In this document: one piece after another, positions 24,446-37,539 of the stretch
Layout of the letters: each line of letters opens with the position of its first letter
Position numbering within the stretch: the first letter of the stretch is position 1
From: Felis catus
Taxonomy: Eukaryota
Reading direction: 5' to 3'
NCBI RefSeq assembly: GCF_018350175.1
Contig: NC_058368.1
Coordinates: forward strand, 3,534,001 to 3,598,000
Length of the DNA: 64,000 nucleotides
Program-made: the position numbers and the translations under genes
Notes under the pieces: model-generated
Database searches by the model: none
Told to the model about the DNA's origin: nothing
The model's input: the letters and a program-made list of their open reading frames with translations, nothing else

Positions 24446-25692
24446 TGAATTCATTCCTTAATTAAGAGTTCTGTAATGAATTGCCCCCACTCTGACCGCA
24501 TTAATTGCGTGCGTTCAAATCTGTGACATAAAACGTAGGAGAAAAGGAAAGAGAAGCAAGCAAGGACCGAGCTGTGGTGTTCGTTCTGGTCTGGTGTGGC
24601 AGCTTTCTAGTTCCGTGGCTTTAGGTCCTGCGTTAGGACAGAGTTACCAATAGAGTGTCTACTCCACCACCCCCAGGGGGAAAACTAAAGAGCGGGATTT
24701 CAAATACATATGAATCCACAGACGTTCCTTCAAAGGTACAGAAACTACCATTATGTAGTTTTACTTTATTCCGAAAGGAGTCCTGGCAAGGGTTTTCTGC
24801 TGACTCCGTTGAACTGAAAAATAGTTCGAAGTCAGCATGGTTTTCCTCCAGTCTCCTGCCCCAATCTCATTTTCTTTCCACCCATGAGCATAACCAATAA
24901 AACAAGTACAAGGTGGCAGATAGAAATCCATTTTTCCCTAATGCACTTAATCAAAAGCAACAGTTACTGCGTGAGCTCAGATTTGGCAGAAATCGATGCA
25001 GGTGCAGAATTCTATTGTTGTGCTCCCTTAACTGGGGAACAGGGGTTTTCATCTGGGCCGACCCTGAATAATCTGGTTCCCCAAACTTTTAATGAGGGAG
25101 CCCCATGCCAAATAACCGACCATGGGTTTTCCTATTTTCTTCAGGTTTAGGCAAATGATAGCCAGTTGGAAATAGAATGACTACAGCTTATTTAATGTTC
25201 GCTTAATGTCAGGCATAAGGTCAGGCACAGGGACTGACACTCTGGAGGGGAAATATCTTCACAGGAATTTTGTCTGGAAAAGGAATGTGCTCATGGGCCT
25301 TTTGGCTTGCCTTAAAATTGACGCACTTCTCTGCCTTGCAAATGCTTTTTTTCTTGAGCTCAACAGTATAAGCCACTGAGTCAGAACCAAGTCTAAGGGG
25401 TCCAACCCCCTCTTTCAGAGGCCAGATCAGAGATGATGAGCACGTACTCTGAACTCTGACATGGGAAGACCTGGAAAGTTTACGTGCATTCCTCATAGAA
25501 ATCTCATAATGAGCCGGGGTACAGAGACCCCTGTTTAGAATGAACTGAAATTAAAACCTACAATGACTAAAAGCCATCTACCCTATTGATGTTCATTGCC
25601 ACTTTAAGGATTATGGCTTCAAGTAAAGAAATAAGAGTTTCATTCACACTAGATATCTTAGAATGTCTACCCAGTGTGTGGGTGTGCATGCG

Positions 25693-25694
<2 letters not shown>

Positions 25695-25727
<33 letters not shown>
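25695..25727. repeat. (TG)n microsatellite
   Basis: Direct observation. Confidence 0.95.
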
Positions 25728-25730
<3 letters not shown>

Positions 25731-25999
25731 AATGTGCTCAGAATTGGATTGGAAAAAAGGAGAGTGAGGGTACCTTTTATTTCACTTTGAACCAATAAAG
25801 CTCTAACACAGTGTCCCTGGTAGCTTTGGGGGAACAAAAAAAGATTCTTCACTCATCAGGGTAGAATATACAGGAGCTTCAACAGTATGAATTCCTTTGT
25901 TGAGCAAATCCGTACATACAAGTCACACATAGATTTCAGGGTGTCTGCTGCAGAGCTAAAGGTCACAATTATTTTCCAGAAATTGCATCCTGTCAATGA

Positions 26000-26225
26000 T
26001 GTCTTTAGACTGTGCAGCCATGTAACTCCAATCTCTGCTCCTATCCTCACTTGGTCTGCCCGTGCATCTCTCTGTCTTCTTATAAGGAGACTTGCCTTCA
26101 GATGTAGAGCCCAAATGGGACCCGGGATGATCTCATCTTGAGATCTGTAATTATGGCTGCAAAGATTCTCTTTCCAAATAAGGTCACACTTACCATTGTG
26201 AGTATTAACATTTGGACCTATCTGA
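26000..26225 (-). mobile_element. MaLR LTR fragment (MLT1-like)
   Basis: ctccaatctctgc...tgtcttcttataaggag...ggatgatctcatcttgagatc...ctgcaaagattctctttccaaataaggtcaca. Confidence 0.8.
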
Positions 26226-26621
26226 ACCTACTACAGATGGCTAGGATTTTGACAGACAGAACTAGCCAAGGACAATTTAATCCAGCCGTAGCTTGGTTCA
26301 TATGGCACCACTCTGATGTGCAAAAAAATTGTGACTCTCTCATTTCCAAACTTAACTTCTTTTGTGAGACCCTACAGGTACAGGTGGAGGCAAAAGGAAA
26401 CCTAAACATGTGAGTATATTTTATTCAAGCTTCGGAATATTCTATTCCATTAAGTGGAGACAAATCAAGGAGGGCACCTTAAACCCTGTCCTCTATGCAT
26501 CTGTCTTCTCTTTCTCACACTCAATGACTGAGGAAGTGGTAAGTTTCCACTCCTATTTTATTCTAGAGGGAACTTGTTGTCTGTCGTATCCTCCCATCCA
26601 CAAGGTGATATCTACCCGACT

Positions 26622-27300
26622 CTAGAAATAAAACACTTGGGGATAAATTTAACAACAGTGCAAAAAAGGTACACTAAAAATTCTAAAATATTATTGGAAG
26701 AAAACTAAATAAGGTACAAATGCACGGAATATTCATGGATTAGGATATTTAATATTATTACAATGGAAATATTCCTTCAAGTTTATCTACTATGTCAATG
26801 CATTTCATCTCAAAATCCTACATATCTAATTATTTGAAAATTTTGACAAGCTGTTATTAAAATTCCGTTGGAAACGCTACAAAACTAGAAAAGCCAAAAT
26901 AATCTTGAAAAAGAAGAACAAAATTGGAGGACACACTATTCCTGCTTCTGAAACTTACTGATAAGCTACAGTATTCAAGACAGTGGTACTGGCATAATGA
27001 CAGTGCAATAAAACATAATTCAAAGTCCAGCAATAATCCCTTCCATTTATGATTAATCAATTTTCAACAGAATGCCAAGACAATTAAATGGAGTGAGATT
27101 GGTCTTTCCAATAAACGGTGCCGGGACAGGAAGATCTCTAATGCAAAATAATGAAGTTGGATTGTTTTTTGTCACAACATACACGAGAATTAACTCGAAA
27201 TGGATTATAAACCTAAATGAGAAAGTTCAATTATAAAATTCTTATAAGAAAACAAAAGAAATCTTTGTAATGTTGGATTAGGAAATAAAAAACATAAACC
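26622..27300 (+). mobile_element. Old L1 ORF2 fragment
   Basis: agccaaaataatcttgaaaaagaagaacaaattggagg...agctacagtattcaagacagtggtactggc. Confidence 0.85.
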
Positions 27301-27319
27301 AATTTTTAAAGCAAGCAAA

Positions 27320-30300
27320 GGCATAAAGAAAATCGTCTTTGTTCACAGATGATATGATTGCCTACATCTGTGTATAAAATCTCAAACAATCAATCAAGAA
27401 AACCTCCTAGAACTAGTAAGTGCCTAGATCAAGGTGGCAAGATACAAGGTTAATATGCAAAAGTCAATTGTTTTCATATATACCAGCAATGAACAGATGG
27501 AACTTGAAGTTAAAAACAGTACCGTTTACATTAGCCCCCAAAAGTTAAATACTTAAGTATAAATCTAACAAAAAATGTGCAAGATCAATAAGAGAGAAAC
27601 TACAATGTTCTGATGAATGAAATCAAAGATCTAAATATATAGAGAGATATTCCACTTTCATGGGTAAGAAGAGACAATATTGTTAAGATATCAGTTTCTA
27701 CCAATTTAGTCTATAAATTCGAAGACCATCAACATCGCAGCAAGTTATTTGTGGATATTGACAAGCTGATTTTAAGGTTTATATGAACAGGAAAAAGACT
27801 GAAAATATCCAACACAACAATGATAGAGAAGAACAAAATCAGAGAATTGACTTACTTCAATAATTACCATTAAGATACAGAACTCAACACCCGAAAACCA
27901 AATAATCCACTGAAGAAATGGACAGAAGACATGAATAGACACTTTTCCAAAGAAGACATCCAGGTGGCCAACAGGCACATGAAATGATGCTCAACATCAC
28001 TCATCAGGAAAATACAAATCAAAACCACACTGAGATACCACCTCATGCCAGTCAGAATGGCTAAAATGAACAACTCAGGAAATAACAGATGCTGGTAAGG
28101 ATGTGGAGAAACAGGAACCCTCTTGCACTGTCGGTGGGAATGCGAACTGGTGCAGCCACTCTGGAAAACAGTGTGGAGGGTCCTCAAAAAATTAATAGAA
28201 CTACCCTGTGACCCAGCAATAGCACTGCTAGGAATTTACCCAAGGGATACAGGAGTGCTGATGCATAGGGGCACTTGTACCCCAATGTTTATAGCAGCAC
28301 TTTCAACAATAGCCAAATTATGGAAAGAGCCTAAATGTCCATCATCTGATGAATGGGTAAAGAAGATGTTGTTTATATATACAATGGAATATCACTTGGC
28401 AATGAGAAAAAAAATGAAGCCCTGCCATTTGCAACAACGTGGATGGAACTGGAGGGTATTATGCTAAGTGAAATAAGTCAGGCAGAGAAAGACAGACAGA
28501 TATCATATGTTTTCACTCATATGTGGAACTTGAGAAACTGAATAGAAGACCATGGGGGGAAGGGGAGGGGAACAAATAGCTCCAAACAGAGAAGGAGGCA
28601 AACCATAAGACTCTTCAATACAGAGAACAAACTGAGGGTCGATGGGGAGGGTGGGGGAGAAGGGAAAATGGGTGACGGGCATTGAGGAGGGCACTTGTTG
28701 GGATGAGCACTGGATGTTGTATGTAAGCAATGAGTCATGGGAATCTACCCCCAAAACCAAGAGCACACTGTATACACTTGTGTTAGCCAACTTGACAATA
28801 AATTATATTTTTAAAAAAGATACAGCAATCAAGATGGTATGGTATCAGAGAAGGAAAGGAAAATAGATCAATAGAACAGAAGAGAGAGCCCAGAATTGGA
28901 CCCGCATAAATATAATAAACTAATCCTTGATAAAGGATTGAAGGTAGCTCAACAGAGAAAATAATCATTCCAACACTTGGTGCTGGAGCAACTGCCCCCC
29001 CCCCCAGGAAAAATAAAGAAAAAGAAAAGAAAAAAAGAAGAAGAAAAGAAATCTAGATATAAACTCTACTCCTTTCATAGAAATTAACACAAGATGGATC
29101 ATAAACCTAAATATACAATGCAAGATTATAACACTCCTAGAAGACGACACAGGAGAGACTCTAGGTGACCGCGGGTGTGGTGATGACTTTTTAGACTGAA
29201 CACCAAAAGCACAATGTATGGAAGAAAAATTAATAAATCGGTCTTTAACCCAATTAAGAACCTGTTCTCTGCAACGGACAGTGTTAAGAGAATTAAAAAA
29301 AACAAGCCACGGACTTGTAAAAGTGGCAGAACATATATCAGATAAAAGGATTGGTGTCCAAAATATACAAATAACTCTTAAAACTCCACAATAAGGAAAC
29401 ACACAAGAGTTTTTCCAAAAACTAGTAACAGATCTGAACAGACACCTCACCAAAGAACATACAGAGATAGCAAAGAAGCATATGAAAATATAAGCGACAC
29501 CACATGGCCTTAGGGGATTGAAAATTAAAACACTGCTGATACGTCCCCAACTGCCCATTAGAATGGCTAAAATCCAAACCATGGGCAGCCAAACGCTTGG
29601 GAGAATGTGAAGCAATTCTTTCATCCACTGCTGGTGGGAACGCAAAAATGCTGCAAACACTTTGGAAGGTAGCCTGGCAGGTTTTTTTTGTTTGTTTTTT
29701 TTTGTTTGTTTGTTTGTTTGTTTTTTTTACAAAACTAACCATATTCCCATCTTACAATCCAGCTATCATGCCCTTTGGTATTAACCCGAATGAATTGAAG
29801 ACACACACCCACAAGAAAACCCGCACAGGAATGTTTACAGCAGTGTTATTCATAATTGCCAAGACTCGGAAGAAGCCAAGACGTCCTTCAGGAGGTAAAT
29901 GGAAAACCTGTGGTACATCTACCCAATGAAATATTATTCCGTGATTAAAAGACAGGTGCTCTCAAGCTATGAAAAGACATGGGAAAATATTAAATTAATA
30001 TTGGTAAGTGGGAAAAAAAACATTCTGGGAAGGCTACATACTAAAGGCCGTACATATGCACAACTATATGACATTCTAGAAAAAGCAAGACTGTGGAAAT
30101 AGTCAAAGTATTACTAGTTGTCGGTGACTCAGGGAGAGACAGGAAAAGGCAAGTATATATAGCACAGGCGATTGGTAGTGAAACTATTGTGTACGATACT
30201 CTGAGCAGGAACATGTCATTATACACTTGCAAACACACCGGGTGTGCAACACAAGCCTTGAACCCTAATATAGTTAGGAAATTAATACCAATGTGTCTAT

Positions 30301-30460
30301 ATTAGCCCACGGATCATATCAAATATGCCACAATAATGCACTATGTTATTAATTGGGGAGCCAATGGGCATGAGGCGAGAAAAAGAAGTCTCAGTACCTT
30401 CAGTCGCTTTTCTGTAAATCTAAAATCTCTCTTTAAAAATAAACTATTAAATTTTTTTAA
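27320..30460 (+). mobile_element. L1MC-like element (ORF2 RT through 3' end), interrupted by a young L1
   Basis: Degenerate RT motif ttcacagatgatatgatt at about 27342; colinear ORF2 resumes at 28826; 3' end similar to 18540-18840. Confidence 0.85.
27881..28816 (+). mobile_element. Young 5'-truncated felid/carnivore L1
   Basis: ORF2p C-terminus ([15 protein letters not shown]...CTPMFIAALSTIAKLWKEPKCP), G-rich 3'UTR, AATAAA; TSD aagatacag at 27872-27880 and 28817-28825. Confidence 0.95.
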
Positions 30461-30461
30461 G

Positions 30462-31290
30462 GGCAGAGAGATGGACAGACATTTCTCAAAGCAGATGAAA
30501 AAGCTCAGCGATGCTCAACATCATGAGACATTAGGGGAATGAAAATCAAAATCACAGTGAGATGCCACATCCCACCCAGGAGGATGATTTATTTTTATTT
30601 ATTTTTTTTTTTGAGAGAGAGAGAGAGAGAGAGTGTGTGTGGGTGCACACGCAAGCAGGGGAGGGGCAGAGGGAGCAGGTGGGAGAGAAACTTAGGTTCC
30701 ACACTCAGCACAAAATAATCAGCATAGAATTGCTATGTGACACAGTAGTCCCTTGGTATATACCCAAGGGAAATGAAAACACAGCCACCCAAAAATTCAT
30801 ACATGAAAATTCATAGCTGCATTATTTATAATAGCCAAAAAGTGGAAATGAGTGAAATTTCCTTTAACTTATGAACAGAAAAGCAAAATATGGTACATCC
30901 ATACAAAGGAATCTTAGTAAGCAATTAAAGGAGAAAATCGTGCCAATACATGCTACAACATGAGAATATTACAAGAAGAGAAAAAAGTCAAACACAAGAC
31001 CACACAGCACGAGTCCATTTATTTGAAATGTTTAGAATAGGCAAATCTATAGAGAGTAGAGAGTAAATTATTAATTTCATAGGGTTGGACAAGGGGATAG
31101 GGGAGCAAGTAACTGTTGATGGGCACAAGGGTACAAGGTTTCTTTGTGAGGTGATGGTGGTGATAGTTACTGCATTCTGAATATACAAACACACATTAAA
31201 TCCACTCCAAAAAGTAAGTTGTTTGCATGTATACAGTGCATTGTATGTTACACTTTGCACTCTTATGTATGTTTTCCCCTTTGAGCCTTT
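30462..31290 (+). mobile_element. Old L1 3' portion (L1MB/ME-like)
   Basis: gacagacatttctcaaag...gcattatttataatagccaaaaagtggaaa...aataggcaaatctatagag. Confidence 0.75.
30587..30712 (-). mobile_element. Partial Can-SINE (3' half)
   Basis: tttttgagagagaga...gcaggggaggggcagaggg...ggttccacactcagcaca. Confidence 0.8.
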
Positions 31291-31357
31291 GAGTAAAGTT
31301 GATGATGAAAATCTCAGTTTTTACAGACAAGGACATGTGGTTCCAACTGGTTATGCC

Positions 31358-31757
31358 CATACAACACCCGGTGCTCATCCCAACAAGTGCCCTCCTCAAT
31401 GCCCATCACCCGCTTTCCCCTCTCCCCCACCCCCATCAACCTTCAATTTGTTCTCTGTATTAAGAGTCTCATGGTTTGCCTCCCTCTCTCTCTGTCTGTT
31501 AACTATTTTTTTTTCTTCTTTCCTTCCCCCATGGTCTTCTGTTAAGTTTCTCAGGATCTACATGAGTGAAAATAATATGGTATCTGTCTTTCTCTGCCTG
31601 ACTTATTTCATTTAGCATAATACCCTCCAGTTCCATCCACATTGCTGCAAATGGCAGGATTTCATTCTTTCTCATTTTCAAGTATTATTCCATTGTGTAT
31701 ATAAACCACAATTTCTTTATCCATTCATCAGTTGATGGACATCTAGGCTCTTCCATG
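31358..31757 (-). mobile_element. Felid/carnivore L1 3'UTR fragment lacking its terminal part and tail
   Basis: Reverse-complement similar to 28345-28722; ORF 31499-31681(-) ILPFAAMWMELEGIMLNEISQ. Confidence 0.92.
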
Positions 31758-32034
31758 AGTAAATCCATTGTCATCACTACATGTCTTTGCAACTCATTAG
31801 CTCATTTGCCTGTTTTTCCCTAATTTCTACACACAGGCTTTGTCCAAAAGAACCTGAAAAAGGAGATCTCTCAAGCACTAAAACATATAATCCTTCCAAA
31901 CCTGGATGAGTGAGAAAGGCAGGCAATTTGTGCTTTCTGACACTTCTAGAAAGTTTGAATATGGATTAGAGATGAGATAATATGAAAAAAAGTATTGTTA
32001 ACTTTTTAATGTAATAAAATATCTGTAATTTTTA

Positions 32035-32286
32035 GGAATGTCTGGGTGGCTCAGTCAGTTAAGCATCCAACTCTTGATTTTGACTCAGGTCATGATCTCA
32101 CTGTTCATGAGACCAAGCCCCAGGGGTGGCTCTGTACTGAAAGCACAGAGCCTGCTTGAGATTCTCTCTCTCCCTCTCTCTCTGACCTTCTTTCTTTCTC
32201 TTTCTCTTTCTCTTTCTCTTTCTCTTTCTCTTTCTCTTCCACTTTCCCTTTCTCTTTCTCAAAATAAATAAATAAACTTAAAAAAA
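32035..32286 (+). mobile_element. Can-SINE with expanded (CTCTTT)n
   Basis: SINEC body; imperfect TSD aaaatatctgtaattttta / aaaatacctataattttta. Confidence 0.93.
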
Positions 32287-32725
32287 TAAAATACCTATAA
32301 TTTTTAGTGGTGCATACTGAAATATTCACTCTCTGAAATAATTCGGCAATGGAGAAAGAGAAAAGGGGAAAAGAATATAAGAAGAAAATATTAATTGTTG
32401 AATCTAGGAGATGGGATTGTAATGGTCCTTTTTATTTTTTTTATTATTATAAAAAGAAAAGGAGTATAAAGACCAAAAGTCAAGATACTTTGAGTGGTAG
32501 AACAAAACAACTGAAAGACCTGAGACTGCCCACTTCTGATTACTTGCTAAATAAATAACAAACGTCATGTGGATCGAACCACTTAGTCTGATTTGTTGTT
32601 GCCTGCTGTTGAAGATATTATGATCGATACACCTCGTTATGGTATATTTTCATGCTATTGTGAACAGAATACAGAATTCATAGTTAACACATTACCATGA
32701 TAAAGTATAACATTTTTTCATAGTT

Positions 32726-32940
32726 TTTTTTTAATTTTTTTTTTTGCATTTATTTATTTTTGAGAGACAGAGAGAGAGCACAAGTGGGTGAGGGACAGAG
32801 AATGAGACACAGTATCCAAAGCAGGCTCCAGGCTCTGAGCTGTCAGCACAGAGCCTGATGCGGGGTTTGAACTCACAAACTGTGAGATCATAACCTGAGC
32901 CAAAGTCGGATGCTCAACCGACTGAACTACCCACGTACTG
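32726..32940 (-). mobile_element. Can-SINE
   Basis: SINEC body; TSD ttcatagtttt. Confidence 0.93.
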
Positions 32941-35652
32941 CATTCATAGTTTTAAGAGCTGACCATTATATGAATCCTTAACATTAACGGAGCACATTTC
33001 ATTTTAAAATCTAGCGCCCTTTAAGAGGGTTAGTTGATTATTCTATACATCTAGCTCATTTGAAAGAGTAAGATTTTTGTGTATCTGCAGTAATGTAAGA
33101 TTTGGAAAAAGAAGCAAACAGACAAAGAAATCTGTAGGGAGAGAAATCAGCAGCTTAGGGAAAGAAAATAAACATACATGTGCATACATACATATTTTAT
33201 TTGGTGTGGGTTTTGCTGAGACAGCAGCTCACATGTGATAAGCCACAATCTATCTCCATAGGTAGTGGGGGTAATCAGAACAGAAAGAAATGTTGGCGTC
33301 TGTTAATTCAAGTAAAGGCATATCCTGTTTTTATCAGATATTTTCAAAATATTGAAAGCTACATAGAAAAAAGTTGCTAAGTAGAATTTTCTACTAAAAT
33401 TATATTTCAGCATAGCTAAGAACACACTTTACTCGTGTTATCTTTAGGTAAACATACATGCACATCCATAAGGAAACCGGTTTTTTTTTTTCAATATTTT
33501 TGAAAAGTGCACGTTTGGTCATGATTTTCTATGGGTAAAAATCACTAAACATTTAATGACACTTAGGGACAAAAACCAGCTACCTTTCTCAGCAGGTTAA
33601 GTTTCTAAGAGATTGCAGCTGATTTTTAGCTTAAATGTTGTGTGGTGCAGGGAAATGGCCTATGGCCCATTTTTAATTTCCCTAAACGTAATCAACCAGC
33701 ACCCCGTTCATAAAATACTAAGTACCTTCACCAGGAAATCTTTAGCATTTTAACACCGTGCTCCTCTCTTGCCCCCGTTTACAGAAGTTCTGTGATCACG
33801 TTGGGATTGTGTCTGTATAAACAAACGAAAGCAAATCTGAAACAAACGCACTTCACTTTGAGATCATTTTAAAATTAAATAAGTAAATAAACTCGAGGAA
33901 ATTTTTGATCAAATAGCTTTGATAAGCTGGAACGCCAGAACAAGCCGCCTCTTGGCTTTTCCGAATGAAGAATAATCAAATCAAGTCAAATCTAAACTTG
34001 CGCTACGAGATACGGTTCCACCAAAGGAGTCTTTGCAAGACAGCGTCTCTATTTCCCCCCCGAGGTGCTCTAATCCTACCGCTTTATGGGCATAGAAATA
34101 ATTAATTTGAATGCCTTGAAATACTTGCTTTATTGTGAATCATAAAACCAGATAAGGAAAAAGATGAAACCACACCGACATGACCCTAAATACTTGGGAT
34201 TTTTTAGTAAGGTGGGGAACAAAGGCTTTATTTCTCTAACTAAAGAATGATTCGATTAATTCCCGCCTGTTTCCCCATTAGCAGCCCCGTGTCTTTCTCC
34301 GTCCTCTCTCACATCTTGCTCCTTTTGAGCTTCTCTATCAGTAGGCTTGTAATGTATTCCTTGCCCAGGCTTCAAAGCCATATTCACATTCGTAGACAAA
34401 AGGCTTGGTGCGCTGTCCAAGAAAGGACCGCCACAGTAACCCCGAAATGATGACACAGGTACATGATAAATACCCTGACACAAAAAAACCATTTTTTAGA
34501 GGAGGCCACCGCGCCATAAGCAAACCTTTGTTGCTCCATCGGTGACCTAAAGGATCTGTCCTCCCATTGAAAGGCCCCTGAGTCGACAGACTCACTACTC
34601 CAAGTTGCTGACACCCTAGGACAGAACAAAGAAGCTGTCCAAGTCTGGAGCCCCTTGGTTCAGGGCAGGCCAAGTTCAGCTCAGCCATCTATCAAGGCGC
34701 TGGAATGTGCAGCGAGTAAATACCCACATTCTGCCGAGGAGAAAGGGAAGCTGGATCCCTGACTCTTCCCAGGACGAAGGAAATTCTTCCACATCAAAAA
34801 GGCCCCTGCAGCCCTCATCCAGGTCTGCACTGTATAATGGGTAGATTTTCAGCAAGTGCTCAAAAGACAAATGAGGCTTTTATCTCGCCCTCTCCCCCGT
34901 TGCAATAAGAGTTTACGTTAAAGCCACTTAACTGTCTGGAGTGCAGCCTGGTGGATTACCTGTTTGTGTGAATCAAGTACATTACCTGATCATGTGACTG
35001 AGGGAGCCCAGGGAGGAGGGGCTGTTTGCAAAATCGGTTTTACTTTGAAGAGACCTTGGCACTTTCTGAAGCCGCACAGAGACTTCTATACATCCTGGCC
35101 CCCACAACACAAAAGGAGTAGCAGTGATCAATATATCAGGCTGAGAATCTCGTCTTGTATTTCTAATTATCTTATTAGGCTAGCCTCATTATATTGCAAG
35201 CTTTGGAATGGGCCACTCATTATGGCAAAAGTTGTGACACGAATCAAAGGCAGATCTCTGAGACAGGCTTCACAAGCCTTGGAGCTAAGCATCCCCTGGA
35301 ATTTTAAGATAAGACCTCGTCAGGTAAAGTGAAACCATCCTCTTTTGAACTAACACCGAAAGCCCTTAAAAGTCACCTCCTGAAGATCAGCATTTCGAGG
35401 ACGGGAATCTGAAATGTTAACAAAGTTGAGCTAAAATACTTAACAGTGATTCATTGGACAAGCTAGCGCAAGGTTAATGCTTTTTTGTTCCTAAAACACA
35501 CTTGGAGTCCAGCAAAGAATTCTTTCTCGCATGCCACCCTGAGTGGACTATTAGTTTTGGTTTCAGTGGCTTGCTTTCTTCATATTTGTCATCTCAGCCT
35601 CAACTGAGGGCAGATGTTTGGTTATGATGACAATGACAGGAAATCAGAGATT

Positions 35653-35764
35653 TAGTTCCCAATCTCAGTTCCATACTCATGACATGTTAAGTCTTGTTAA
35701 AACTTTCTAGTTCCCAATCTCAGTTCCATACTCATGACATGTTAAGTCTTGTTAAAACTTTCTA
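35653..35764. repeat. Perfect 55-bp tandem duplication
   Basis: tagttcccaatctcagttccatactcatgacatgttaagtcttgttaaaactttc twice (35653-35707, 35708-35762). Confidence 0.97.
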
Positions 35765-36374
35765 ACATCAAAAGTTGACAGTAAATACCTCTAGCGCCTA
35801 CCACACAGCTTTTTTAATTTTCTTTTCAGGACCAAATAAGATAAATGCATGTGAAATTGGTTTGGAGAAGAAATCTGAGATGTTATGATGAATTCATCCT
35901 TTAGAGCGAATGTCGCCGATGCAGAACATAAACTTAATCTAAAATGTTGTTCCCCATTCTGCTTCCGATTTTCATCTCTTTGGCAGACAAAGAGATCGCT
36001 GCAGGACGAACTGCATAAAAGAAAGAACTTTATGCCCTTGGATACCAATTATTTGCTATGTAAGCTCTCAATTTGGAGCAATTTCTCATTGAGACCAAAA
36101 TCCTGTATATTGTCAAGACAGAAGGCATTTAAATGATTTTAACTCCACATTCAGGTTTCAATTTTGTGTTGGCAAAGACTGATGGGTTATTACCTCTTGA
36201 AAAACAGTGTGGGTTTTTTTAGGGCTTGCTAAATTCTCTAACTTGAGAAAGCTGGGTATCTCCAAACACATAGTTTGTAAAAATCCATTAGGTATTTATT
36301 CATATTACTAAAGGTTTATTGATGTTAGCAAAATATAACTTTGGTCATCGAAAGTATAGTTATTTTTTCACAGC

Positions 36375-36572
36375 TTTTTTTAAAGTTTATTTATTTATTT
36401 TGAGAGAGAGAGAGAGAGAGAGAGAGAGTGAGAGAAAGCAAGTGGGGGAAGGGCAGAGAGAGCAAGAGAGAGAGAATCCCAAGCAGGGGCTTGAACTCAT
36501 GAACGGTGAGATCATGGTCTGAGTCAAAATCAGGAGTCAGATGCTCAACTGACTGAGCCACCGAGGAGCCCC
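36375..36572 (-). mobile_element. Can-SINE with internal deletion
   Basis: (GA)n tract, gagaatcccaagcaggggcttgaactc...ctgagccaccgaggagcccc. Confidence 0.92.
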
Positions 36573-36579
36573 TTCATTG

Positions 36580-37000
36580 CTATTAGATATAATTGTAAAT
36601 ATCATGAAGTTCACTCATTTAAATGTACAATTTAATGAGGTTTAGTGCATTTAAAAGGTTGGGCAACCATCGCCGTGATTCAATCTTAGAACATTTTCAT
36701 CATCTCAAAAAAGAGTTTTGCACCTATTAGCAACACTTTCCATTCCCTCTGATCCCAGGCCTAGGCAACAATTAGTCTACTTTCTTTCTCTGAAGATTTG
36801 CCTGTTCTGGACATTTCACATAAATGAGTCCATACAACATGTGAAATTTTTTGACTGGCTTCTTTCACTGAGAATAATGTCTTTTAATCTCCTTCACCTT
36901 GCAGCCTGGATCTGTACTTCATTTCTTCTCGTTGCCAACTAATATTCCACTGTATGGATATACCGTATTTATTTTTCCGTTCATCCGTTGGTGGAAATTT
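36580..37000 (-). mobile_element. L1MB-like 3' end
   Basis: ttcactcatttaaatgtacaat...cctaggcaacaattagtctactttct...tttgcctgttctggacatttcacataaatg. Confidence 0.85.
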
Positions 37001-37004
37001 TAGT

Positions 37005-37320
37005 CACTACAGAAATGCCAATCAAAGCCAAAATGAAATAGCACATAATGCCAACTAGATGGCTACATTAAAAAAGACCGGCAGTAGAAAGTCCTAGGAA
37101 GAAGTGGGAACATTAGAACCCTTATACTTTGCTGGTAGGAATGTAAAGTTGTACAACCCCTTTGCGAAACAGTTCAGCAGTCCTTCAAGATGTTAACAAG
37201 TGAGCTCCCATATGACCCCCAATTCCACTCATAGTAGATATTCAAGAGATACGAAAACCTACGTATGTGAAGGTTACAGCAATAATGTTTATACATTATG
37301 CATGATCGCCAGAATTTATT
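37005..37320 (+). mobile_element. Old L1 ORF2-end fragment
   Basis: gaaatgccaatcaaagccaaaatgaaatagcac...tgctggtaggaatgtaaa...ccatatgacccccaattccactc. Confidence 0.75.
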
Positions 37321-37539
37321 GTATACACAATTTTCACACACATATTTCAAATATAAAAGTTGATCTGTCCAAATTCTATATAACTTATGGAACACCTGGC
37401 ATGACAAAACACACTTAGGGGAAGCTTTGAGGGGGATACTGTGATAACACGCCCCAGTTTAGGTTGTCAGTCACCTGAGGAACAGATGGGTTTTCCCCTT
37501 GTGTGTTTTGCTTTTATTTGGATATTTACATACAACTTT

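Noticed and set aside
26378..26415. Plus-strand 32-nt candidate exon ending CAT|gtgagt
   Set aside because: Mediocre acceptor and no supporting neighbours.
28965..29660. Longest ORF in the track (231 aa, minus strand)
   Set aside because: Antisense to a decayed L1 ORF2, non-ATG start, no recognisable domain.
35653..35764. CRISPR-like or other repeat-spacer array
   Set aside because: Two abutting copies with no spacer in a mammalian genome; a simple tandem duplication.
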